DNA of 64,000 nucleotides from NCBI GenBank assembly GCA_044892525.1, contig CM097885.1, positions 200,446,001 to 200,510,000 on the forward strand, read 5' to 3'. Below the pieces are notes generated by a model. It was not told where the DNA came from and did no database searches. It saw nothing but the letters and a program-made list of their open reading frames with translations. The translations under genes and the position numbers were made by a program. This document shows positions 50,501 to 64,000 of the stretch, in pieces. This DNA is from Schmidtea polychroa. Its lineage: Eukaryota. Within the stretch, counting starts at the first letter, position 1. Each line of letters begins with the position of its first letter.

Positions 50501-53500
50501 TGGAACAAAAACGAGTGAAAATCCAACAACGAAATCTACTGAAAGCACCACAGGCATTTCATCTACTGACAAAACAAGTGCGACCACAACTTCAGAATCA
50601 CCAACAACGTCAAGCAGCCAAACAACAAGCTCATTCGAAAGCACTAGTTCCACAAGTCGAACTTCATCAGCACCTGTTACAGACACATCAATCAAGTCAA
50701 CTAGCCTACCAGAAACGTCTTCAATGTCAACAGGAAAAACGAGTGAAAAATCAACTAGTTTGAGTAGCATTGACACTTCATCAGTATCGTCGTCCACATC
50801 TTCAGTAACTCCAACGACTGGAACAAAAACGAGTGAAAGTTCAACAACGAAATCTACTGAAAGCACCACAGGCATTTCATCTACTGACAAAACAAGTGCG
50901 ACCACAACTTCAGAATCACCAACAACTTCAAGCAGCCAAACAACAAGCTCGATAGAAAGCACTAGTCCCACAAGTCGAACTTCATCAGCACCTGTAACAG
51001 ACACATCAATCAAGTCAACTAGCCTACCAGAAACGTCTTCAATGTCAACAGGAAAAACGAGTGAAAAATCAACTAGTTTGAGTAGCATTGACACTTCATC
51101 AGTATCGTCGTCCACATCTTCAGTAACTCCAACGACTGGAACAAAAACGAGTGAAAGTTCAACAACGAAATCTACTGAAAGCCCCACAGGCATTTCATCT
51201 ACTGACAAAACAAGTGCGACCACAACTTCAGAATCACCAACAACGTCAAGCAGCCAAACAACAAGCTCATTCGAAAGCACTAGTTCCACAAGTCGAACTT
51301 CATCAGCACCTGTAACAGACACATCAATCAAGTCAACAAGCCTACCAGAAACGTCATCAATGTCAACAGGAAAAACGAGTGAAAAATCAACTAGTTTGAG
51401 TAGCATTGACACTTCATCAGTATCGTCGTCCACATCTTCAGTAACTCCAACGACTGGAACAAAAACGAGTGAAAGTTCAACAACGAAATCTACTGAAAGC
51501 ACTACAGGCATTTCATCTACTGACAAAACAAGTGCGACCACAACTTCAGAATCTCCAACAACGTCAAGCAGCCAAACAACAAGCTCAATAGAAAGCACTA
51601 GTTCCACAAGTCGAACTTCATCAGCACCTGTAACAGACACATCAATCAAGTCAACTAGCCTACCAGAAACGTCTTCAATGCCAACAGGAAAAACAAGTGA
51701 AAAATCAACTAGTTTGAGTAGCATTGACACTTCATCAGTATCGTCGTCCACATCTTCAGTAACTCCAACGACTGAAACAAAAACGAGTGAAAGTTCAACA
51801 ACGAAATCTACTGAAAGCACCACAGGCATTTCATCTACTGACAAAACAAGTGCGACCACAACTTCAGAATCACCAACAACGTCAAGCAGCCAAACAACAA
51901 GCTCGATAGAAAGCACTAGTTCCACAAGTCGAACTTCATCAGCACCTGTTACAGACACATCAATCAAGTCAACTAGCCTACCAGAAACGTCTTCAATGTC
52001 AACAGGAAAAACGAGTGAAAAATCAACTAGTTTGAGTAGCATTGACACTTCATCAGTATCGTCGTCCACATCTTCAGTAACTCCAACGACCGGAACAAGA
52101 ACGAGTGAAAGTTCAGCAACGAAATCTACTGAAAGCACCACAGGCATTTCATCTACTGAAAAAACAAGTGCGACCACAACTTCAGAATCACCAACAACGT
52201 CAAGCAGCCAAACAACAAGCTCGATCGAAAGCACTAGTTCCACAAGTCGAACTTCATCAGCACCTGTTACAGACACATCAATCAAGTCAACTAGCCTACC
52301 AGAAACGTCTTCAATGTCAACAGGAAAAACGAGTGAAAAATCAACTAGTTTGAAAAGCATTGACACTTCATCAGTATCGTCGTCCACATCTTCAGTAACT
52401 CCAACGACTGGAACAAAAACGAGTGAAAGTTCAACAACGAAATCTACTGAAAGAACCACAGGCATTTCATCTACTGAAAAAACAAGTGCGACCACAACTT
52501 CAGAATCACCAACAACGTCAAGCAGCCAAAAAATAAGCTCGATCGAAAGCACTAGTTCCACAAGTCGAACTTCATCAGCACCTGTTACAGACACATCAAT
52601 CAAGTCAACTAGCCTACCAGAAACGTCTTCAATGTCAACAGAAAAAACGAGTGAAAAATCAACTAGTTTGAGTAGCATTGACACTTCATCAGTATCGTCG
52701 TCCACATCTTCAGTAACTCCAACGACTGGAACAAAAACGAGTGAAAGTTCAACAACGAAATCTACTGAAAGCACCACAGGCATTTCATCTACTGACAAAA
52801 CAAGTGCGACCACAACTTCAGAATCACCAACAACGTCAAGCAGCCAAACAACAAGCTCATTCGAAAGCACTAGTTCCACAAGTCGAACTTCATCAGCACC
52901 TGTTACAGACACATCAATCAAGTCAACTAGCCTACCAGAAACGTCTTCAATGTCAACAGAAAAAACGAGTGAAAAATCAACTAGTTTGAGTAGCATTGAC
53001 ACTTCATCAGTATCGTCGTCCACATCTTCAGTAACTCCAACGACTGGAACCAAAACTAGTGAAAGTTCAACAACGAAATCTACTGAAAGCACCACAGGCA
53101 TTTCATCTACTGACAAAACAAGTGCGACCACAACTTCAGAATCACCAACAACGTCAAGCAGCCAAACAACAAGCTCATTCGAAAGCACTAGTTCCACAAG
53201 TCGAACTTCATCAGCACCTGTTACAGACACATCAATCAAGTCAACTAGCCTACCAGAAACGTCTTCAATGTCAACAGAAAAAACGAGTGAAAAATCAACT
53301 AGTTTGAGTAGCATTGACACTTCATCAGTATCGTCGTCCACATCTTCAGTAACTCCAACGACTGGAACAAAAACGAGTGAAAGTTCAACAACGAAATCTA
53401 CTGAAAGCACCACAGGCATTTCATCTACTGACAAAACAAGTGCGACCACAACTTCAGAATCACTAACAACGTCAAGCAGCCAAACAACAAGCTCGATCGA

Positions 53501-56500
53501 AAGCACTAGTTCCACAAGTCGAACTTCATCAGCACCTGTTACAGACACATCAATCAAGTCAACTAGCCTACCAGAAACGTCTTCAATGTCAACAGGAAAA
53601 ACGAGTGAAAAATCAACTAGTTTGAGTAGCATTGACACTTCATCAGTATCGTCGTCCACATCTTCAGTAACTCCAACGACTGGAACAAAAACGAGTGAAA
53701 GTTCAACAACGAAATCTACTGAAAGCACCACAGGCATTTCATCTACTGACAAAACAAGTGCGACCACAACTTCAGAATCACCAACAACTTCAAGCAGCCA
53801 AACAACAAGCTCGATAGAAAGCACTAGTTCCACAAGTCGAACTTCATCAGCACCTGTTACAGACACATCAATCAAGTCAACTAGCCTACCAGAAACGTTT
53901 TCAATGTCAACAGGAAAAACGAGTGAAAAATCAACTAGTTTGAGTAGCATTGACACTTCATCAATATCGTCGTCCACATCTTCAGTAACTCCAACGACTG
54001 GAACAAAAACGAGTGAAAATTCAACAACGAAATCTACTGAAAGCACCACAGGCATTTCATCTACTGACAAAACAAGTGCGACCACAACTTCAGAATCACC
54101 AACAACTTCAAGCAGCCAAACAACAAGCTCGATAGAAAGCACTAGTTCCACAAGTCGAACTTCATCAGCACCTGTTACAGACACATCAATCAAGTCAACT
54201 AGCCTACCAGAAACGTCTTCAATGTCAACAGGAAAAAGGAGTGAAAAATCAACTAGTTTGAGTAGCATTGACACTTCATCAGTATCGTCGTCCACATCTT
54301 CAGTAACTCCAACGACCGGAACAAGAACGAGTGAAAGTTCAACAACGAAATCTACTGAAAGCACCACAGGCATTTCATCTACTGAAAAAACAAGTGCGAC
54401 CACAACTTCAGAATCACCAACAACTTCAAGCAGCCAAACAACAAGCTCGATAGAAAGCACTAGTTCCACAAGTCGAACTTCATCAGCACCTGTTACAGAC
54501 ACATCAATCAAGTCAACTAGCCTACCAGAAACGTCTTCAATGTCAACAGGAAAAAGGAGTGAAAAATCAACTAGTTTGAGTAGCATTGACACTTCATCAG
54601 TATCGTCGTCCACATCTTCAGTAACTCCAACGACCGGAACAAGAACGAGTGAAAGTTCAACAACGAAATCTACTGAAAGCACCACAGGCATTTCATCTAC
54701 TGAAAAAACAAGTGCGACCACAACTTCAGAATCACCAACAACGTCAAGCAGCCAAACAACAAGCTCGATCGAAAGCACTAGTTCCACAAGTCGAACTTCA
54801 TCAGCACCTGTTACAGACACATCAATCAAGTCAACTAGCCTACCAGAAACGTCTTCAATGTCAACAGGAAAAACGAGTGAAAAATCAACTAGTTTGAGTA
54901 GCATTGACACTTCATCAGTATCGTCGTCCACATCTTCAGTAACTCCAACGACTGGAACAAAAACGAGTGAAAGTTCAACAACGAAATCTACTGAAAGCAC
55001 CACAGGCATTTCATCTACTGACAAAACAAGTGCGACCACAACTTCAGAATCACCAACAACTTCAAGCAGCCAAACAACAAGCTCGATAGAAAGCACTAGT
55101 CCCACAAGTCGAACTTCATCAGCACCTGTAACAGACACATCAATCAAGTCAACTAGCCTACCAGAAACGTCTTCAATGTCAACAGGAAAAACGAGTGAAA
55201 AATCAACTAGTTTGAGTAGCATTGACACTTCATCAGTATCGTCGTCCACATCTTCAGTAACTCCAACGACTGGAACAAAAACGAGTGAAAGTTCAACAAC
55301 GAAATCTACTGAAAGCCCCACAGGCATTTCATCTACTGACAAAACAAGTGCGACCACAACTTCAGAATCACCAACAACGTCAAGCAGCCAAACAACAAGC
55401 TCATTCGAAAGCACTAGTTCCACAAGTCGAACTTCATCAGCACCTGTAACAGACACATCAATCAAGTCAACTAGCCTACCAGAAACGTCATCAATGTCAA
55501 CAGGAAAAACGAGTGAAAAATCAACTAGTTTGAGTAGCATTGACACTTCATCAGTATCGTCGTCCACATCTTCAGTAACTCCAACGACTGGAACAAAAAC
55601 GAGTGAAAGTTCAACAACGAAATCTACTGAAAGCACTACAGGCATTTCATCTACTGACAAAACAAGTGCGACCACAACTTCAGAATCTCCAACAACGTCA
55701 AGCAGCCAAACAACAAGCTCAATAGAAAGCACTAGTTCCACAAGTCGAACTTCATCAGCACCTGTAACAGACACATCAATCAAGTCAACTAGCCTACCAG
55801 AAACGTCTTCAATGCCAACAGGAAAAACAAGTGAAAAATCAACTAGTTTGAGTAGCATTGACACTTCATCAGTATCGTCGTCCACATCTTCAGTAACTCC
55901 AACGACTGGAACAAAAACGAGTGAAAGTTCAAGAACGAAATCTACTGAAAGCACCACAGGCATTTCATCTACTGACAAAACAAGTGCGACCACAACTTCA
56001 GAATCACCAACAACATCAAGCAGCCAAACAACAAGCTCGATAGAAAGCACTAGTTCCACAAGTCGAACTTCATCAGCACCTGTTACAGACACATCAATCA
56101 AGTCAACTAGCCTACCAGAAACGTCTTCAATGTCAACAGGAAAAACGAGTGAAAAATCAACTAGTTTGAGTAGCATTGACACTTCATCAGTATCGTCGTC
56201 CACATCTTCAGTAACTCCAACGACCGGAACAAGAACGAGTGAAAGTTCAGCAACGAAATCTACTGAAAGCACCACAGGCATTTCATCTACTGAAAAAACA
56301 AGTGCGACCACAACTTCAGAATCACCAACAACGTCAAGCAGCCAAACAACAAGCTCGATCGAAAGCACTAGTTCCACAAGTCGAACTTCATCAGCACCTG
56401 TTACAGACACATCAATCAAGTCAACTAGCCTACCAGAAACGTCTTCAATGTCAACAGGAAAAACGAGTGAAAAATCAACTAGTTTGAAAAGCATTGACAC

Positions 56501-59500
56501 TTCATCAGTATCGTCGTCCACATCTTCAGTAACTCCAACGACTGGAACAAAAACGAGTGAAAGTTCAACAACGAAATCTACTGAAAGCACCACAGGCATT
56601 TCATCTACTGAAAAAACAAGTGCGACCACAACTTCAGAATCACCAACAACGTCAAGCAGCCAAAAAATAAGCTCGATCGAAAGCACTAGTTCCACAAGTC
56701 GAACTTCATCAGCACCTGTTACAGACACATCAATCAAGTCAACTAGCCTACCAGAAACGTCTTCAATGTCAACAGGAAAAACGAGTGAAAAATCAACTAG
56801 TTTGAGTAGCATTGACACTTCATCAGTATCGTCGTCCACATCTTCAGTAACTCCAACGACTGGAACAAAAACGAGTGAAAGTTCAAGAACGAAATCTACT
56901 GAAAGCACCACAGGCATTTCATCTACTGACAAAACAAGTGCGACCACAACTTCAGAATCACCAACAACGTCAAGCAGCCAAACAACAAGCTCATTCGAAA
57001 GCACTAGTTCCACAAGTCGAACTTCATCAGCACCTGTTACAGACACATCAATCAAGTCAACTAGCCTATTAGAAACGTCTTCAATGTCAACAGAAAAAAC
57101 GAGTGAAAAATCAACTAGTTTGAGTAGCATTGACACTTCATCAGTATCGTCGTCCACATCTTCAGTAACTCCAACGACTGGAACCAAAATTAGTGAAAGT
57201 TCAACAACGAAATCTACTGAAAGCACCACAGGCATTTCATCTACTGACAAAACAAGTGCGACCACAACTTCAGAATCACCAACAACGTCAAGCAGCCAAA
57301 CAACAAGCTCATTCGAAAGCACTAGTTCCACAAGTCGAACTTCATCAGCACCTGTTACAGACACATCAATCAAGTCAACTAGCCTACCAGAAACGTCTTC
57401 AATGTCAACAGAAAAAACGAGTGAAAAATCAACTAGTTTGAGTAGCATTGACACTTCATCAGTATCGTCGTCCACATCTTCAGTAACTCCAACGACTGGA
57501 ACAAAAACGAGTGAAAGTTCAACAACGAAATCTACTGAAAGCACCACAGGCATTTCATCTACTGACAAAACAAGTGCGACCACAACTTCAGAATCACCAA
57601 CAACGTCAAGCAGCCAAACAACAAGCTCGATCGAAAGCACTAGTTCCACAAGTCGAACTTCATCAGCACCTGTTACAGACACATCAATCAAGTCAACTAG
57701 CCTACCAGAAACGTCTTCAATGTCAACAGGAAAAACGAGTGAAAAATCAACTAGTTTGAGTAGCATTGACACTTCATCAGTATCGTCGTCCACATCTTCA
57801 GTAACTCCAACGACTGGAACAAAAACGAGTGAAAGTTCAACAACGAAATCTACTGAAAGCACCACAGGCATTTCATCTACTGACAAAACAAGTGCGACCA
57901 CAACTTCAGAATCACCAACAACTTCAAGCAGCCAAACAACAAGCTCGATAGAAAGCACTAGTTCCACAAGTCGAACTTCATCAGCACCTGTTACAGACAC
58001 ATCAATCAAGTCAACTAGCCTACCAGAAACGTCTTCAATGTCAACAGGAAAAACGAGTGAAAAATCAACTAGTTTGAGTAGCATTGACACTTCATCAGTA
58101 TCGTCGTCCACATCTTCAGTAACTCCAACGACTGGAACAAAAACGAGTGAAAATTCAACAACGAAATCTACTGAAAGCACCACAGGCATTTCATCTACTG
58201 ACAAAACAAGTGCGACCACAACTTCAGAATCACCAACAACTTCAAGCAGCCAAACAACAAGCTCGATAGAAAGCACTAGTTCCACAAGTCGAACTTCATC
58301 AGCACCTGTTACAGACACATCAATCAAGTCAACTAGCCTACCAGAAACGTCTTCAATGTCAACAGGAAAAAGGAGTGAAAAATCAACTAGTTTGAGTAGC
58401 ATTGACACTTCATCAGTATCGTCGTCCACATCTTCAGTAACTCCAACGACCGGAACAAGAACGAGTGAAAGTTCAACAACGAAATCTACTGAAAGCACCA
58501 CAGGCATTTCATCTACTGAAAAAACAAGTGCGACCACAACTTCAGAATCACCAACAACGTCAAGCAGCCAAACAACAAGCTCGATCGAAAGCACTAGTTC
58601 CACAAGTCGAACTTCATCAGCACCTGTAACAGACACATCAATCAAGTCAACTAGCCTACCAGAAACGTCTTCAATGTCAACAGGAAAAAGGAGTGAAAAA
58701 TCAACTAGTTTGAGTAGCATTGACACTTCATCAGTATCGTCGTCCACATCTTCAGTAACTCCAACGACCGGAACAAGAACGAGTGAAAGTTCAACAACGA
58801 AATCTACTGAAAGCACCACAGGCATTTCATCTACTGAAAAAACAAGTGCGACCACAACTTCAGAATCACCAACAACGTCAAGCAGCCAAACAACAAGCTC
58901 GATCGAAAGCACTAGTTCCACAAGTCGAACTTCATCAGCACCTGTTACAGACACATCAATCAAGTCAACTAGCCTACCAGAAACGTCTTCAATGCCAACA
59001 GGAAAAACAAGTGAAAAATCAACTAGTTTGAGTAGCATTGACACTTCATCAGTATCGTCGTCCACATCTTCAGTAACTCCAACGACCGGAACAAGAACGA
59101 GTGAAAGTTCAACAACGAAATCTACTGAAAGCACCACAGGCATTTCATCTACTGAAAAAACAAGTGCGACCACAACTTCAGAATCACCAACAACGTCAAG
59201 CAGCCAAACAACAAGCTCGATCGAAAGCACTAGTTCCACAAGTCGAACTTCATCAGCACCTGTTACAGACACATCAATCAAGTCAACTAGCCTACCAGAA
59301 ACGTCTTCAATGCCAACAGGAAAAACAAGTGAAAATTCAACTAGTTTGAGTAGCATTGACACTTCATCAGTATCGTCGTCCACATCTTCAGTAACTCCAA
59401 CGACTGGAACAAAAACGAGTGAAAGTTCAACAACGAAATCTACTGAAAGCACCACAGGCATTTCATCTACTGACAAAACAAGTGCGACCACAACTTCAGA

Positions 59501-62500
59501 ATCTCCAACAACGTCAAGCAGCCAAACAACTAGCTCGATAGAAAGCACTAGTTCCACAAGTCGAACTTCATCAGCACCTGTTACAGACACATCAATCAAG
59601 TCAACTAGCCTACCAGAAACGTCTTCAATGTCAACTGAAAAATCGAGTGAAAAATCAACTAGTTTGAGTAGCATTGACACTTCATCAGTATCGTCGTCCA
59701 CATCTTCAGTAACTCCAACGACTGGAACAAAAACGAGTGAAAGTTCAACAACGAAATCTACTGAAAGCACCACAGGCATTTCATCTACTGACAAAACAAG
59801 TGCGACCACAACTTCAGAATCACCAACAACGTCAAGCAGCCAAACAACAAGCTTATTCGAAAGCACTAGTTCCACAAGTCGAACTTCATCAGCACCTGTT
59901 ACAGACACATCAATCAAGTCAACTAGCCTACCAGAAACGTCTTCAATGTCAACAGAAAAAACGAGTGAAAAATCAACTAGTTTGAGTAGCATTGACACTT
60001 CATCAGTATCGTCGTCCACATCTTCAGTAACTCCAACGACTGGAACCAAAACGAGTGAAAGTTCAACAACGAAATCTACTGAAAGCACCACAGGCATTTC
60101 ATCTACTGACAAAACAAGTGCGACCACAACTTCAGAATCACCAACAACGTCAAGCAGCCAAACAACAAGCTCATTCGAAAGCACTAGTTCCACAAGTCGA
60201 ACTTCATCAGCACCTGTTACAGACACATCAATCAAGTCAACTAGCCTACCAGAAACGTCTTCAATGTCAACAGAAAAAACGAGTGAAAAATCAACAAGTT
60301 TGAGTAGCATTGACACTTCATCAGTATCGTCGTCCACATCTTCAGTAACTCCAACGACTGGAACAAAAACGAGTGAAAGTTCAATAACGAAATCTACTGA
60401 AAGCACCACAGGCATTTCATCTACTGAAAAAACAAGTGCGACCACAACTTCAGAATCACCAACAACGTCAAGCAGCCAAACAACAAGCTCGATCGAAAGC
60501 ACTAGTTCCACAAGTCGAACTTCATCAGCACCTGTTACAGACACATCAATCAAGTCAACTAGCCTACCAGAAACGTCTTCAATGTCAACAGGAAAAACGA
60601 GTGAAAAATCAACTAGTTTGAGTAGCCTTGACACTTCATCAGTATCGTCGTCCACATCTTCAGTAACTCCAACGACTGGAACAAAAACGAGTGAAAGTTC
60701 AACAACGAAATCTACTGAAAGCACCACAGGCATTTCATCTACTGACAAAACAAGTGCGACCACAACTTCAGAATCACCAACAACTTCAAGCAGCCAAACA
60801 ACAAGCTCGATAGAAAGCACTAGTTCCACAAGTCGAACTTCATCAGCACCTGTTACAGACACATCAATCAAGTCAACTAGCCTACCAGAAACGTCTTCAA
60901 TGTCAACAGGAAAAACGAGTGAAAAATCAACTAGTTTGAGTAGCATTGACACTTCATCAGTATCGTCGTCCACATCTTCAGTAACTCCAACGACTGGAAC
61001 AAAAACGAGTGAAAATTCAACAACGAAATCTACTGAAAGCACCACAGGCATTTCATCTACTGACAAAACAAGTGCGACCACAACTTCAGAATCACCAACA
61101 ACTTCAAGCAGCCAAACAACAAGCTCGATAGAAAGCACTAGTTCCACAAGTCGAACTTCATCAGCACCTGTTACAGACACATCAATCAAGTCAACTAGCC
61201 TACCAGAAACGTCTTCAATGTCAACAGGAAAAAGGAGTGAAAAATCAACTAGTTTGAGTAGCATTGACACTTCATCAGTATCGTCGTCCACATCTTCAGT
61301 AACTCCAACGACCGGAACAAGAACGAGTGAAAGTTCAACAACGAAATCTACTGAAAGCACCACAGGCATTTCATCTACTGAAAAAACAAGTGCGACCACA
61401 ACTTCAGAATCACCAACAACGTCAAGCAGCCAAACAACAAGCTCGATCGAAAGCACTAGTTCCACAAGTCGAACTTCATCAGCACCTGTAACAGACACAT
61501 CAATCAAGTCAACTAGCCTACCAGAAACGTCTTCAATGTCAACAGGAAAAAGGAGTGAAAAATCAACTAGTTTGAGTAGCATTGACACTTCATCAGTATC
61601 GTCGTCCACATCTTCAGTAACTCCAACGACCGGAACAAGAACGAGTGAAAGTTCAACAACGAAATCTACTGAAAGCACCACAGGCATTTCATCTACTGAC
61701 AAAACAAGTGCGACCACAACTTCAGAATCACCAACAACGTCAAGCAGCCAAACAACAAGCTCGATCGAAAGCACTAGTTCCACAAGTCGAACTTCATCAG
61801 CACCTGTTACAGACACATCAATCAAGTCAACTAGCCTACCAGAAACGTCTTCAATGCCAACAGGAAAAACAAGTGAAAATTCAACTAGTTTGAGTAGCAT
61901 TGACACTTCATCAGTATCGTCGTCCACATCTTCAGTAACTCCAACGACTGGAACAAAAACGAGTGAAAGTTCAACAACGAAATCTACTGAAAGCACCACA
62001 GGCATTTCATCTACTGACAAAACAAGTGCGACCACAACTTCAGAATCTCCAACAACGTCAAGCAGCCAAACAACAAGCTCGATCGAAAGCACTAGTTCCA
62101 CAAGTCGAACTTCATCAGCACCTGTTACAGACACATCAATCAAGTCAACTAGCCTACCAGAAACGTCTTCAATGTCAACAGGAAAAACGAGTGAAAAATC
62201 AACTAGTTTGAGTAGCATTGACACTTCATCAGTATCGTCGTCCACATCTTCAGTAACTCCAACGACTGGAACAAAAACGAGTGAAAGTTCAACAACGAAA
62301 TCTACTGAAAGCACCACAGGCATTTCATCTACTGACAAAACAAGTGCGACCACAACTTCAGAATCACCAACAACGTCAAGCAGCCAAACAACAAGCTCGA
62401 TAGAAAGCACTAGTTCCACAAGTCGAACTTCATCAGCACCTGTAACAGACACATCAATCAAGTCAACTAGCCTACCAGAAACGTCTTCAATGTCAACAGG

Positions 62501-64000
62501 AAAAACGAGTGAAAAATCAACTAGTTTGAGTAGCATTGACACTTCATCAGTATCGTCGTCCACATCTTCAGTAACTCCAACAACTGGAACAAAAACGAGT
62601 GAAAGTTCAACAACGAAATCTACTGAAAGCACCACAGGCATTTCATCTACTGACAAAACAAGTGCGACCACAACTTCAGAATCACCAACAACTTCAAGCA
62701 GCCAAACAACAAGCTCGATAGAAAGCACTAGTTCCACAAGTCGAACTTCATCAGCACCTGTTACAGACACATCAATCAAGTCAACTAGCCTACCAGAAAC
62801 GTCTTCAATGTCAACAGAAAAAACGAGTGAAAAATCAACAAGTTTGAGTAGCATTGACACTTCATCAGTATCGTCGTCCACATCTTCAGTAACTCCAACG
62901 ACTGGAACAAAAACGAGTGAAAGTTCAACAACGAAATCTACTGAAAGCACCACAGGCATTTCATCTACTGACAAAACAAGTTCGACCACAACTTCAGAAT
63001 CACCAACAACGTCAAGCAGCCAAACAACAAGCTCGATCGAAAGCACTAGTTCCACAAGTCGAACTTCATCAGCACCTGTTACAGACACATCAATCAAGTC
63101 AACTAGCCTACCAGAAACGTCTTCAATGTCAACAGGAAAAACGAGTGAAAAATCAACTAGTTTGAGTAGCCTTGACACTTCATCAGTATCGTCGTCCACA
63201 TCTTCAGTAACTCCAACGACTGGAACAAAAACGAGTGAAAGTTCAACAACGAAATCTACTGAAAGCACCACAGGCATTTCATCTACTGACAAAACAAGTG
63301 CGACCACAACTTCAGAATCACCAACAACTTCAAGCAGCCAAACAACAAGCTCGATAGAAAGCACTAGTTCCACAAGTCGAACTTCATCAGCACCTGTTAC
63401 AGACACATCAATCAAGTCAACTAGCCCACCAGAAACGTCTTCAATGTCAACAGGAAAAACGAGTGAAAAATCAACTAGTTTGAGTAGCATTGACACTTCA
63501 TCAGTATCGTCGTCCACATCTTCAGTAACTCCAACGACTGGAACAAAAACGAGTGAAAATTCAACAACGAAATCTACTGAAAGCACCACAGGCATTTCAT
63601 CTACTGACAAAACAAGTGCGACCACAACTTCAGAATCACCAACAACTTCAAGCAGCCAAACAACAAGCTCGATAGAAAGCACTAGTTCCACAAGTCGAAC
63701 TTCATCAGCACCTGTTACAGACACATCAATCAAGTCAACTAGCCTACCAGAAACGTCTTCAATGTCAACAGGAAAAAGGAGTGAAAAATCAACTAGTTTG
63801 AGTAGCATTGACACTTCATCAGTATCGTCGTCCACATCTTCAGTAACTCCAACGACCGGAACAAGAACGAGTGAAAGTTCAACAACGAAATCTACTGAAA
63901 GCACCACAGGCATTTCATCTACTGAAAAAACAAGTGCGACCACAACTTCAGAATCACCAACAACGTCAAGCAGCCAAACAACAAGCTCGATCGAAAGCAC
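47588..64000 (+). CDS. Mucin exon: C-half of second SEA domain, unique Thr/Ser linker, second repeat array; runs off the window
   Basis: G CAA GGA TCA TTG ATA GCT... is open through 47970 and in frame with the S/T repeat frame. The ORF track omits it, presumably because it has no stop in the window. No stop in the variant codons inspected, but not every codon was checked. Confidence 0.85.
47965..64000 (+). repeat. Coding tandem array 2: ~50.4 units of the same 318-bp repeat, incomplete
   Basis: Anchor at 48252 ... 63834; 15582/318 = 49.0 intervals, plus partial units at both ends. Confidence 0.97.

Noticed and set aside
47956-63165. Many 61-87 aa Gln-rich plus-strand ORFs (MKVQQRN...)
   Set aside because: Alternative frame of the 318-bp repeat, opened at GTG codons.
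47648-64000. 5450-aa minus-strand ORF
   Set aside because: Same antisense artefact. The plus-strand frame continuing from the SEA exon is the coherent reading. An antisense transcript cannot be excluded without stranded RNA data.

Overview
AT-rich eukaryotic genomic DNA with two N gaps (7023-7162, 46970-47352) and very short (~41-47 nt) GT-AG introns. (1) 1-7 kb: a perfect long inverted repeat (1-594 / 1495-2088) around a tandem-repeat spacer, then a CCAAT/TATA/Inr promoter. This precedes an apparently intact Polinton/Maverick (adintovirus-like) protein-primed family B DNA polymerase. The ORF track shows it as four broken pieces. By hand they splice into one 1236-aa ORF through six 41-47 nt spliceosomal introns, all phase 1 and all in the 5' third; the putative start codon is itself split (A|TG). 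This intron-bearing viral-type polymerase is the main finding. (2) 10.3-64 kb: a giant host mucin-like gene with the layout SEA - 76 x 106-aa Ser/Thr repeat - SEA - at least 50 more repeats. It has a 24.5-kb exon and at least 13,600 codons, and is open at both ends. (3) The 12.5-kb intron splitting the second SEA domain holds decayed TEs: two hAT MITEs with TSDs, two Ty3/Gypsy remnants and a MULE. A Tigger/pogo remnant lies upstream of the mucin. No rRNA, tRNA or CRISPR was recognised. All calls come from manual reading; no searches were run.
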